From Ascoidea asiatica JCM 7603 (taxonomy: Eukaryota > Fungi > Ascomycota), in NCBI GenBank assembly GCA_001600695.1, contig BCKQ01000002.1:2222271-2286270 (forward strand): a DNA stretch of 64,000 nucleotides, read 5' to 3'. This document shows positions 35,126-46,532 of the stretch, piece after piece; positions within the stretch are counted from its first letter, which is position 1, and every line of letters starts with the position of its first letter. Under the pieces are notes generated by a model that did not search any database, was not told the DNA's origin, and was given only the letters and a program-made list of their open reading frames with translations. Both the position numbers and the translations under genes were made by a program.

Positions 35126-37648
35126 CTATTCAATAGTGGGACTTTTGGCTTTTGAGGTAGGTCTATCGTTTTTCGACAAATCTTCATTGACTGGTTTAAC
35201 TCCTTTATCCTGTATCAATATTTCATTATTATTAGCATCTTTAATTTTTTCTTCATTTTCAATGCTTTCATTTTCATCTACGGCGTCACCATCTTCTTTG
35301 ATTTCAGACTCTTCAGTACTTTCTTCAATAGTTTTATCTTCCTCAATTATCTTTTCACCTTCTTTATTATTTTCTATTATAGGTTTTTCAGAAACAGTTG
35401 AATATGGATGTTGAGTTACGTTCGAATATGAACTTAGTTTTGCCTTTAATTGATTTACTTCAAGTTGAAGATTTTTAATACTTTTATTTTTTCCTTGATT
35501 ATCTTTATCATTTATTTTAATTAAATTTCTTAAATCATTATTATCTTGATTTAATCTATTTAATTCATTTTCATAAATTTTTAAAATACTTTGATGGGCA
35601 CTTAATAAATCTGTTTGTAAAGTAATTATATCTTTTCTAACTAAACTACTTTCAGTTTTGAAACTTCCTGGAATATTTTCAATATCATTTTGTCCATAAA
35701 GATTATTTAAATTATTTGAAATTTTTGAATCATTATTATTTTTCATCATTTGATTCATTTGTTTACTGAAATCTCCAATAACATTCAAAATTTGAGTTGT
35801 AATTGATTTACTACAAGTTGGAGAATTTTCAAGTAAAGTTGAGTTTTTAGTAATTGGGAAATTTATATTACTTCTTGAAAAATTTGAAGTTTCAACATTA
35901 TTATTTAAAGAGTTTATTGCTGATGGAGGTTGAATCAAAGGTAATTTGTTAATTTGATTATTTATTGAAGTATTTAAATTTGAATTTATTTTATTTAAAT
36001 CATTTAAATGGTTATTTGAAAGATTTATATTCATACCATTGTTATAATTATTGAAAGGTGGATTTGTATTTAAATTTCTTGATAAGTTTGATACATTATT
36101 GTTATTGTTATTATTATTAATAGGTAAAGTTTGAATATGAGACAAATTTGATAAATTTGTATTTAAATTTGGTAAATTTTTATTTAAATCTTGATTATTT
36201 AATATTGAATTGTTTATTCTTGGTAATAAAATTGAATGATTATTTGAATTTGGAGTTAGTATTGGATTTGGATTCATTAAATTAGATATATTATTTGATC
36301 TTTGTAAAATTGGATTGTTAATTGGATTATTAATGGGGTATGAATTTGAAGAAGTATGAATTAAATCTTTTATACGTAAAGGAATATTATGACTTGAATG
36401 ATTTCTTGGAATGAAATCAGATTGTTTTAGACCAATGTTTGTATTACCAATGTAATTACTATTAATATTATTATTGATACCATTATTGATACTATTGACA
36501 CTATTAGTACTATTTGTATTAGTACTACTATTGATGTTATTAATATTGTTAATATTGTTATTATTATTATTTATATTGAAAGAGTATGGGTGAGATAAAA
36601 GATTTGAATGTAAAGTTGTATTTTCTTCACTATTTTCACTTTCCATATCTATATCATCATCTTCATCATTTGAACTAATTGAATTTGAATTATTTGTATT
36701 TGTATTTGAATTTAAGTTTCTATTTGAAGGTGAATTTGAAGCGGAATTTGAATTTGAATTTGAATTTGATTCTAAATCTTCATCTTCATCATCTTCTTCA
36801 TCATCATCATCACCCTCACTATTACTTGATTGAAGTTTTAGATTTGGTTTAATTAGTCTTAGTTTTCTACTATTATTACTTTTATTTGAACTATTAGTAT
36901 TGATAGTTTTATTATTGGCGCTATTAATATTTGATAATGATTTATTATTACTATTATTTAAATTAAGATTTCTTGCAAAATTATGAGAATTATTGAATAA
37001 ATTAAAAGCAAAAACTTGAATTTCATTTAAATTTTTATTTAAATTTGGATCACCTTTAATTTGAGTATACATTTTTTTTTTATATGAATTCCAAGGTCTT
37101 TTTGGAAATGATAAATTATTTAAAATTAATTGATTTTGAAAATATTTAGTAAAATTTATCCAATAATCTTTTGAATTGAATTGATCAATTGCATTGTCAT
37201 TAAATTTTTTGAGAAGTTTATATAAAAATTCAACTTCTTTTTTTGAGAAACCTTTTGCACCACATTTTCTACCACCAAATTTTGTATTTTTTTTCTTACC
37301 TAATAATAAAATATTATTATGAATATGATTATTATTATTATTATTATTATTATTGTTATTGATGTTGCTATTATTAATAAGATTAGAAGTATTAGAATTA
37401 TTTAAAGAGTTTCCTTGAATTGTAGAATTTGTTGAAGATAGTATAGTTCCAGTTGATGAAGAAGGAATTGTATTATTGTTTATATTTGAAGATAATGGAA
37501 CATTTTGTATTAAATTTAAGTCATGTTTAATTATTTGTGGATTATTATTATTAATATTATTTTGTAGGTCAGATTTATTTAAGGAATTTAAATTATTTGA
37601 ATCATTATTTGATTTGGAATTTGAATGATTGTCTTTTATTGCAATCAT
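35126..37648 (-). CDS. Asn-rich protein with putative Myb/SANT-like domain and C-terminal coiled coil
   Basis: GFSKKEVEFLYKLL...YWINFTKYF...PKRPWNSYKKKM fits a three-helix Myb/trihelix pattern; heptads in LNRLNQDNNDLRNL...LQLEVNQLKAKL. Confidence 0.65.
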   Translation of the reverse strand: MIAIKDNHSNSKSNNDSNNLNSLNKSDLQNNINNNNPQIIKHDLNLIQNVPLSSNINNNTIPSSSTGTILSSTNSTIQGNSLNNSNTSNLINNSNINNNNNNNNNNNHIHNNILLLGKKKNTKFGGRKCGAKGFSKKEVEFLYKLLKKFNDNAIDQFNSKDYWINFTKYFQNQLILNNLSFPKRPWNSYKKKMYTQIKGDPNLNKNLNEIQVFAFNLFNNSHNFARNLNLNNSNNKSLSNINSANNKTINTNSSNKSNNSRKLRLIKPNLKLQSSNSEGDDDDEEDDEDEDLESNSNSNSNSASNSPSNRNLNSNTNTNNSNSISSNDEDDDIDMESENSEENTTLHSNLLSHPYSFNINNNNNNINNINNINSSTNTNSTNSVNSINNGINNNINSNYIGNTNIGLKQSDFIPRNHSSHNIPLRIKDLIHTSSNSYPINNPINNPILQRSNNISNLMNPNPILTPNSNNHSILLPRINNSILNNQDLNKNLPNLNTNLSNLSHIQTLPINNNNNNNNVSNLSRNLNTNPPFNNYNNGMNINLSNNHLNDLNKINSNLNTSINNQINKLPLIQPPSAINSLNNNVETSNFSRSNINFPITKNSTLLENSPTCSKSITTQILNVIGDFSKQMNQMMKNNNDSKISNNLNNLYGQNDIENIPGSFKTESSLVRKDIITLQTDLLSAHQSILKIYENELNRLNQDNNDLRNLIKINDKDNQGKNKSIKNLQLEVNQLKAKLSSYSNVTQHPYSTVSEKPIIENNKEGEKIIEEDKTIEESTEESEIKEDGDAVDENESIENEEKIKDANNNEILIQDKGVKPVNEDLSKNDRPTSKAKSPTIE

Positions 37649-39334
37649 TTTAATAATATATATGATAAAATAATATGAATATAGAGTAGGTAAATAATAA
37701 AATTTAATACAAACCAGTGTATAAATGATAAATATATTAAGTTAATTTGCAGAAATGAAAATATAATAAACTGAAGTAATTCAAAATAGAAAGAAATAAA
37801 TTTAAAATACCTTAAGTAAAGTAAAGTAAAGTAAAAAAAAAAATTTAAAATTGCTGAAAATAAAGGGAATTTATAAAGGATTTATATAATATTTTTTTTT
37901 ATTTATGAATTTTCTTTGCTGGAATATAGAAACAAAGCAATAAAAAGAATTAAGACACTAAGAAACTAAGAAAAAGGAAAGAAAAAGTAAAAAAAAAAGT
38001 AAATGGAGAAATTAAGAAACAAATAACTTAAAAAAATGTAAAATATGAGAAATTGTAAAAAGTGAGTATAAATCAGTAATAGTTATTATTGACACAAGGA
38101 AAAGAAAAAAAACGTTAAGATTGTAAAATTGCAATATTTTGATACACTCACAGAATCTAGAAATGGAATTAAAAAATGGAATTGAAATTTGAGAAGAAAA
38201 ATCAAAAAAGAGTTCAAGCTTGTGTTTTTGATAATTTTGATTATAAATAAGAATATGAATGAATATTTTGATTTATTATTTTGATTGTGATTTGAATCAG
38301 AATTAAATTGATATAAAATTGATTAGAAATGATTATAAATGATTAGAAATTATTGAAAATATTTATATTTTATATGAATAGTTTGAGAAAGAATTAGAAT
38401 GTAAGTGGTGGTGAAGCTAAAAGTAACCTTAATATTATAATACTGAATAGAAAATAGAGAGTAGAGAATACAGAATAGAGAATAGAGTAAGTTAGACCAA
38501 ATCAAGGGAGTTGGAGCTGTACTTGAAGATTTGGACAGTTTGAATAATTCTGTAGTATTCCATGGGATATCTCAAACCTTATACCGGGAAATATTACAAT
38601 ATTACAATATTACAATAAAGTACTACGGTAGAGAAGTAGCAGAAATACGCGTTTATTGGCCAGCTGCAGATTTAGAAATCCAACAATTCATGAAAAAGAC
38701 CTGGGAATAAAACTATACAGAAAAACTGAGAGACAACAGAGACCACTGCCAGAGAGACCAAAGAGACCAAAGAAACAGCGACTATAAATAGGATTGGTAG
38801 GATCTGGAACAAAAATAGCAACTGCAATAAAAGTCATAAGTTACAAACCCAATCAAGAAAAGAAGGAAGGTGAGAAATAGAAGCAAAAAGAAGAAGAAGA
38901 AGTGGAAAAAGAATTTGAAGTAAAAGTTAGTGAACAAATGTCATTTATTTGCCCATATTTTATCATATCTGATCATATTTGATCATATTTGAATGATGAT
39001 TGTCGATTCTCAGTTGATTCCCAATGAATCTCAATTATTTCTCAATTATCAAATGTGAATGGAGTCTGAGTTGAGTCAATAAAATTAGAACAAGAAATAG
39101 AACCCTCAGAAAATAGAGCATTTGCAAGAGGTTTCTGGGCGGTGGTCATTGCGTTGTTTGTTTGTGAACTTCTTACGCTATCACATTATCACAGTCTTAC
39201 TTTCTTACGATCTCACATTGGTTATGTTGTTTGTGTTTCATACGTTGATTCTGTTGCTACTGAGAGAAGCCCACAGACAACAACTTAGATCTGGATTCGG
39301 GGGAAAAAAAAAGATGTTCGCCTTCCGGTCGACT

Positions 39335-39500
39335 TTTAGGAAACGTAAGAAATTTTAGGGAAAATAGGAAGTTTAGGAACCTCAGGAACAATTAAAAAGC
39401 CTTAATTGCCTTAATCAGAGACTTTCTTATTAAGGAACTTTAGGAACGATAAAAACTTTAGAAACTTTAGAAACTTAAGAAACCACAGAAATTTAGAAAC
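39335..39500. repeat. Degenerate 9-bp tandem array (TTTAG(G/A)AAC) in two blocks
   Basis: e.g. ttaaggaac tttaggaac gataaaaac tttagaaac tttagaaac ttaagaaac. Confidence 0.7.
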
Positions 39501-41640
39501 TGGAATTAGGATCCGAATTGAGTCAAGCAGCCGGAGTTTAAATACTTCTTTCTGCGCGCCGCAATCTAGGAATGCTTGTAAGCCTAGCGGGAAGCTAGTG
39601 CTTCCATGGCGCAGCACAACACCTCGGATCTACGAGAAACCGAACAAGCGAGTGGCGCAAACAGAAATAAAAACAGTGGCCTGGAAAGCCAGGAAAGCCA
39701 GGAAATGCTTATGAAGCTTAAAAGTCTGGATTCCCATTTATAGCAGGGTACCCCCGGTATTACTACTAATAATAACCAATTGTTGTTGGGTGTTAGCTGG
39801 TTATGCTGGATCTTCTGGAAAAGCAAAAAATATAGAAATGCTGGAAATGTTAGAAATTACCAGCGGTACCGGCTCTACTAGCTTTTTGTATTTATTTGAT
39901 AAGTTATTCTTTTTCAACCATTTTACCTTTGTGTAACGTGTGTGGAGAGACGCCCACTAAACCTAAACAAAATACTTGAATTCTGGGAAAAAAAAAAAAA
40001 AAAAAAAAAACAAGAAGAAATTATGTGTTTGTTTGGGTTATTAAAATATTTAGATCATAAGCACATGTTTCTTTCCAAATGATACTGAATAAAATTTAAT
40101 AAGATTGAATAATCAGAATTATTATTGTAGCCTTGAAATAACGGTAACATTTCTCCGGAATAGGATCTCCAGAATCCCAAAAAAATTGTAATCACTGACT
40201 AAATTCACTTGGGCATATGTATTCCTACAGTAACGTTATAGTTCTACTTTAGGCTGCTTATGCTCGTAATTTCACCTAGATTTAGGTAAATTTAGGTATC
40301 CTCTCTCTTAAATCTAGTTTCACATAAATCACCGAGTATGAATCTTATACATCCACGTGATAGACCTGAATTTAAAGCCCCCAAGGCTTTGTAAAAAAAA
40401 TCGCTCTAAAAGTAGGAATTGTTAATGTAATAGCAATCTATATTATTAATATTTTACTATCACAAGTTTAGATATTGCTTTACAAAATTTGAAACATTTT
40501 TCATACATTTTTCTAGGATTTACTTTATTGTTTAGCTCTTGAATAAATTAATTATCTGTTTAAAAATTTTAAGAAGTTTTATATTGTAATTTTATTTTGA
40601 AAATCAATTTCAAAAATGTTACAGAATTGTTTTTTCTCCTACATTACTAATTGTGAAATATAAATTTGAAATTCTCTTTTTTTGTTTCTTTTAACTCTTT
40701 ATAAATCCCACAAAGAAATAACTTGCGGGTAAAAGTTTAATCCCGGCACCGGTCTTATATTCATTTTTTTTTTCGCTTTCTTTTTTTACTTTTGTTACTC
40801 CATTTAATTGGATATTTATATTCACAATTAATACAGAGTAATGTTTATAAAATTTAATCTTTTATCTTTTTTACATAGCTGCTCCTTTTTTTTTTTTTTT
40901 TTAGTTTTCATGTTATTATTATTTGTTATGGTTCTTAAATTACTTTCGTAAATTCTCCTATTTGAAATTTGAAATTTGATATTCAAAATTCGAATTATGA
41001 AATATGAATTACAAAAATTGAAACCTGAAATAATACCATTAATTGATGTAAAATAAAATAACTTTTAATAACAAAAATAAAACCATTTGCTGGTAAAAAA
41101 TTGTAGTATATTATTACCTTACTTTAGAATTTACTCAGGATTTTACAATATTATATTTCGGTGGTAAATTGCTCCATTAACTTTCCAATCAGCCAATTGC
41201 TTTTACGAGATTTTTTTCTAAATTTTCTATTTTTTCTATTTTGGGTTTTCTTTTTTTCTTTTCAATAAAATTCCTTTTATTTTTTTAGCATTATTTTTCT
41301 TAATATTAATAATTACATAGCCTTGATCTAAATAACTTCATAAAATTATACTTTAGGTATGTTCTCATTATTTAATGTTTTATATTTAGCGTTAACTTTC
41401 AATTTTTTTTCTTACGTAATTTCTATATATTCGAAAAATTGAATTTATTATTATTTAATTATTTTTTGATTTAAACCCATTTTTTTGGTAATTGTTATTA
41501 CTTGTATACACTCTTTTTAGGATTCCAAATTTTATTCCAATTACAAAGGGGAAAATTTATTCTACTATAATTCAGTGACAGTGTATTACCCTGCATGGTT
41601 TATTTTGCTCGGCAATACTGGTAATGAAGTAAAAAACTGA

Positions 41641-41675
41641 CGGAATTGGCGGAAATGACGGAAATAACCGGAATG
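41641..41675 (+). promoter_or_regulatory. Four direct CGGAA repeats, putative Zn2Cys6 sites
   Basis: CGGAA at 41641, 41650, 41659 and 41669; TCACGTG near 41767. Confidence 0.45.
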
Positions 41676-42928
41676 AAAAACAGTGTTCAATTGGAGGGTA
41701 ATATAAAATACCCGAGTAAAAATGCCGTGGGAAAAATATCAAAAAATATCAAAAATGTAACTACATCACGTGTAGTTTCATTTTTGTGTATTTACTAAAA
41801 GCGTTCAATTTCCAAAACTAATTCCAAATCTAATTTCAATTTCAATTTCAGTCTTAATTTCACTTTCATTTCTGATTTCAATTTCAATTTCGATTGTCAT
41901 TTTTATTTGACAAAACAACTCCGTACGCCACAGAAATAATTAAATTAGGCTAAACAAGCCTTTGTGTGGCTAATAAAGTTTGTGTAACCATGTGATCTTT
42001 ATAACATGTGACATCTGTTAGAAGAGTCACATGATCACCTAAAACATGCTCGGTTTATGTTTTAGGTAACTATTTAAGTTGTCTATCTGCAAAGATAAAA
42101 CTTAGTCATCTTCTTACCACTTTTATAGTGAGTAAGACAAAATATACTTATATTTCTTATTGAAATAGGTTTTTTGAGCTCTGTTAGTGAAGACGCTACA
42201 GGTGATTGGCCCCTTTATTTGTGGTTGATACTTTCTCAAAGTGCCAGTCTGAACCCAGCGCCATATCCAATTTCACTTCGACGTCCACAAGAGCAGACTG
42301 CGGATGCTGCCAGGTTGATTCACTTACTACCACTACGTTCCGCACTGTGCTTAAGTAAGTGATCTGGGAATTTGAATTTGAATTGAAATTGCAAATGAAT
42401 CTGAATTTCCAATTCCAATGCTATTTTCAATGTTATTCTCTATTCTAGCTTTATTCTATTTCTAATTTAATTATACTCTAATTTTACTGTAATAAAGGCG
42501 TAAATCTTAATTATTTCTCTTCTCTTTCACCAGTTTCTTTTCTAATAAACTTCTATATTAATTAATTTTCTCTCTCTATTTATTTAGTTTCTCCAACTTC
42601 TTCGATTTCTTACTTCATTATATTATTCAATTACATTCTATTCCACTCAATTCAATTCAATTTCAACTATATACTAATAACAATAATAATAATAATAGTA
42701 GTAATAGTATTACATACTTATCATTCAAATTTCTTTTCCAATTTTGATATTTATGCTTATATTCTATTATATTTTGAAAAATATATTAAATTAATCAAAA
42801 TTTTATTATCTTTCTCTAATACTTATCAATATTTTTCAAAATACTATATAATATCATTCATAATTATATAATTATATAACTATATTCTTCAACTCTTTAA
42901 TTGTTTGAAAATTATTACAAAATTTAAT

Positions 42929-44182
42929 ATGGATTATTCAAATTTACATCCTCAATTACAACCACAGGTTCCAGTACAAACTCCCATTCAAGTTCCTCTT
43001 CAGGTATCTCAGCAAATTCCTATTCAAAATCCTAATCAATTACCAATTCAAATTCCTCAACAAATACCTATTCAAAATCCAAATCCAAATCAATTACTAC
43101 AACAAATACCACAACAAATACCACACCAATATTCACAATATCCTCAAGAACAACAGCAACATCTTCATCTTCATCATCATCATCATGAAGTTTCAAGATT
43201 ACCACAGAAATCAGTTGTATCAAAAGGTAAATATAATTTAACTGATTTTCAAATAATGAGAACTTTAGGTACAGGATCCTTTGGTAGAGTTCATCTTGTT
43301 AGATCTATTCATAATGGTAGATATTATGCAATAAAAGTTTTAAAAAAACACCAAATTATTAAAATGAAACAAGTTGAACATACAAATGATGAAAGAAGAA
43401 TGCTTAAATTAGTTGAACATCCATTTTTAATTAGAATGTGGGGTACTTTTCAAGATTCAAAACATTTATTTTTAGTTATGGATTTTATTGAAGGTGGTGA
43501 ATTATTTTCACTTTTAAGAAGATCTCAAATATTTCCAAATCCCGTTGCAAAATTTTATGCTGCTGAAGTTATTTTAGCTTTAGAATATTTACATTCTTAT
43601 AATATTATTTATAGAGATTTAAAACCAGAAAATATTTTATTAGATAGAAATGGTCATATAAAAATTACTGATTTTGGTTTTGCAAAAGAAGTTATTTCTT
43701 ATACTTGGACTTTATGTGGTACACCTGATTATATTGCTCCTGAAGTTATAACTGCAAAACCATATGGTAAATCTGTTGATTGGTGGTCTTTAGGTGTATT
43801 AATATTTGAAATGTTAGCAGGTTATACTCCATTTTATGCTCAAACTCAAATAAAAACTTATGAAAAAATTTTAAATGGTTCAATAAATTTTCCAAAACAT
43901 TTTAATATTGATGCAATTAATTTAATTCAAGGTCTTGTAACAAAAGATTTAACAAGAAGATTAGGTAATTTAAAAAATGGTACTTCTGATATTAAAGAAC
44001 ATCAATGGTTTTCTGAAGTTAATTGGGAAAGATTGTTAAATAAAGATATTGAAACTCCATATGAACCTCCAATTAGTGGAGGTGTTGGTGATACAAGTTT
44101 ATTTGATCATTATCCTGAAGAAAAATTTGAATATGGTATACAAGAAGAAGATCCTTATGCAAAATATTTTCTTGAATTTTGA
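42929..44182 (+). CDS. TPK2: cAMP-dependent protein kinase catalytic subunit
   Basis: [34 protein letters not shown] tail; Q/P/H-rich N-terminus and Tpk2-type [17 protein letters not shown]. First ATG is at 42929 (the track starts at a TTG). Confidence 0.93.
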   Translation: MDYSNLHPQLQPQVPVQTPIQVPLQVSQQIPIQNPNQLPIQIPQQIPIQNPNPNQLLQQIPQQIPHQYSQYPQEQQQHLHLHHHHHEVSRLPQKSVVSKGKYNLTDFQIMRTLGTGSFGRVHLVRSIHNGRYYAIKVLKKHQIIKMKQVEHTNDERRMLKLVEHPFLIRMWGTFQDSKHLFLVMDFIEGGELFSLLRRSQIFPNPVAKFYAAEVILALEYLHSYNIIYRDLKPENILLDRNGHIKITDFGFAKEVISYTWTLCGTPDYIAPEVITAKPYGKSVDWWSLGVLIFEMLAGYTPFYAQTQIKTYEKILNGSINFPKHFNIDAINLIQGLVTKDLTRRLGNLKNGTSDIKEHQWFSEVNWERLLNKDIETPYEPPISGGVGDTSLFDHYPEEKFEYGIQEEDPYAKYFLEF

Positions 44183-44473
44183 CTCATTTTTTATTCATTT
44201 TCTTTTTTATCAACAAATATAATTTTTTTCCTCTCTTTTTCACCAATCAGATTAATTTATTCTTTTTTGCCTTTTATATTTTGTTTCAAGTTTTACATTT
44301 TTTTTTTCTTTCTTTCCTTTTCTTCTCTCTTTTTTTCCAAATTAACTCGATATTTATTTTTGTTTGTAAGATCTTATCTAAACTTATATTATACTATATA
44401 TATTTTTAAAAAAAATATCCAAATAAATTATTATTCTATATTACATTTTTTCTTTTTGTTTGAAAATTATTAT

Positions 44474-44921
44474 TTAATCATCTTCAACACTTTTAAATAG
44501 AAATTTACAGTTTAAGCAAACATAAAATAATATCATACTTGTATCTTTTCTTCTTTGTTGAGATTGGAAAAATACACATTCATGCTGACCACATTTTGGA
44601 CATTCTTTATTAGATCTTGGTAGTGTTGGATCATTACCAATATCATCAACTACACCCGCAGTTTCACCAATATTTGTAATTAACTCATTTCTATAAACTT
44701 TTGAATTTGAACTTTCTTCAGAATATTCACAATTTCTACATGAATACATTAGTTTTCTTTTTTCAGAATCCTCTTTAGGATATAACATATTATTGCTTTG
44801 CAAAAAAAAAAAATTAATAATAAATAACTTTAGTTAGTTTACTTTTCCAATTCAAATAAATATTTTATCTTAGAATTAGAAATAGAAATGCTTACCAATC
44901 TTTACAAAAATTGAACGACAT
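44474..44921 (-). CDS. RPB9: RNA polymerase II subunit Rpb9, two exons (44921-44896 and 44795-44474), 115 aa
   Basis: Splicing restores [18 protein letters not shown]...CRNC; [23 protein letters not shown]. Confidence 0.95.
44796..44895 (-). other. 100-nt spliceosomal intron in RPB9
   Basis: 5'SS GTAAGC, branch AACTAAC near 44833-44839, T tract, 3'SS AAG. The junction recreates the first CxxC. Confidence 0.9.
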
Positions 44922-46532
44922 TGTTAATTTGTATTATCTATTATCTATTGAATATTAAGTATTAAGTATTATAATTGTGTTTCAGTTGAATTCTCATCTC
45001 TTAGAAACTCTATCAAACTAGAATTAAATACACTCGAATGATATAAATATTTAAATAAATCTTCGAACCCTGATAAAATTTCATTGAATTTAATCAAATT
45101 TGGTCAGATGTGAATAAGTTTGAAGTCGAGTAACTTCATTTAAAATTCTATTAACCTTCAGATAAAGAAAAATGCAGGTCAGCAGGTATACCTAAACTAA
45201 ACGGGACACTAACTTACTATTATTAGTGTAAGCAAGTATTATATGCTACTATAACCTCTTCAAACAGAACACATATCCGCGATGGAATGAACTTGAGCGA
45301 TGGCGCATGTTACACAAGAATAAACACCAAACACGACCAGAGGACAATAAAAAGAATAAACAAAACAAGCTCAACTTCAACTCTAAAAAAATAAAAATAA
45401 AAATAAAGCTCAAATTCACACAAATAAAAAATATACAAATTGAAACAACTGAATGAATTGAAACAGTTTGTATAATTATACATTTCATTCTATCTTTTTT
45501 TTTTGCTTTGTTCAAAGTTGCATTCTTTGCTTTCCTTCATCTATTGTTCTGATTTATCAATTGTTTGTTTCTTCATTACTTCTTCTGTTATAGTTGTAAA
45601 GTAATCCTTGGATCCATATCCATTAAACAATTCAATTGATATATTGTTTTCTGGTTTGGAATATCATTAACTTACAGAATATCAATCATATCTAATCTAA
45701 TCATCTCAATCTTCTTTTAGTTTCAATTATAATCTCATGCTTACTCATTATACAATATTTTGATCGTTCAATTCATTCTCGGCAATTAAAAAGTGTATCA
45801 AAACAGGCAATTTATTTTTTTATTTACAATAATTATCAAATTTTATGTATAGAGATCCTTAATTTAATCTTATCCATTCATTACATAGATTCAGTTCATT
45901 ATTCAACACCTTAGTGGGCTTCATAATAAACTAAAAAAAAAACAAAGATCAATAGTTAAAATCTCAAATTTCAATCATTTTCAATTATAATTCACAATAC
46001 ATAAAAAAAATTGTTAAACAATTTGACTTCTTCCCAAGGTCAAAAACATAAATATTAATCCCTTCATACCGTTGTAGTAAATTCAAAGGATTTAACCCAA
46101 CAGGTTATTAATAATAACAAGACAGCCTCAAGCCATTTAGATCAATAATATATATATACATCATCTCAATCATAAATCATATATCATCAATAATCGATTA
46201 TCAATTATCAATTATCACCACTTTTAAATTAATTTTAGTTCTTCATTTTATATTGTTAAACTTTTCAATTTTTTTTATATCTTTAAATACTCTTCTTTTC
46301 TAATTCTAATTTTTTGCTCATTTTCTACAAAAATAATCAAATGCACTACTTTTTTTAATTCTAAAAAGCATAAAATCATCATTATTATATCATTTTATCT
46401 TTGATTTTTATCATCTCAAACTTTTTTTTTATTCACAATTTTAGCTTTTAACAGTGGATTTCCAATAAAATCTCCTTAATTTCCTAATTCTTAATCTTTA
46501 ATCCTTAATTCAATAATATATTATATTAAAAA

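Noticed and set aside
39335-39500. Interstitial telomeric repeat or CRISPR-like array
   Set aside because: Units are degenerate 9-mers without spacers, the context is eukaryotic, and the telomere repeat of this species is unknown.
45060-45072. B-box-like GGTTCGAA on the minus strand near the RPB9 promoter
   Set aside because: No T-stem, A-box or cloverleaf, so not a tRNA.
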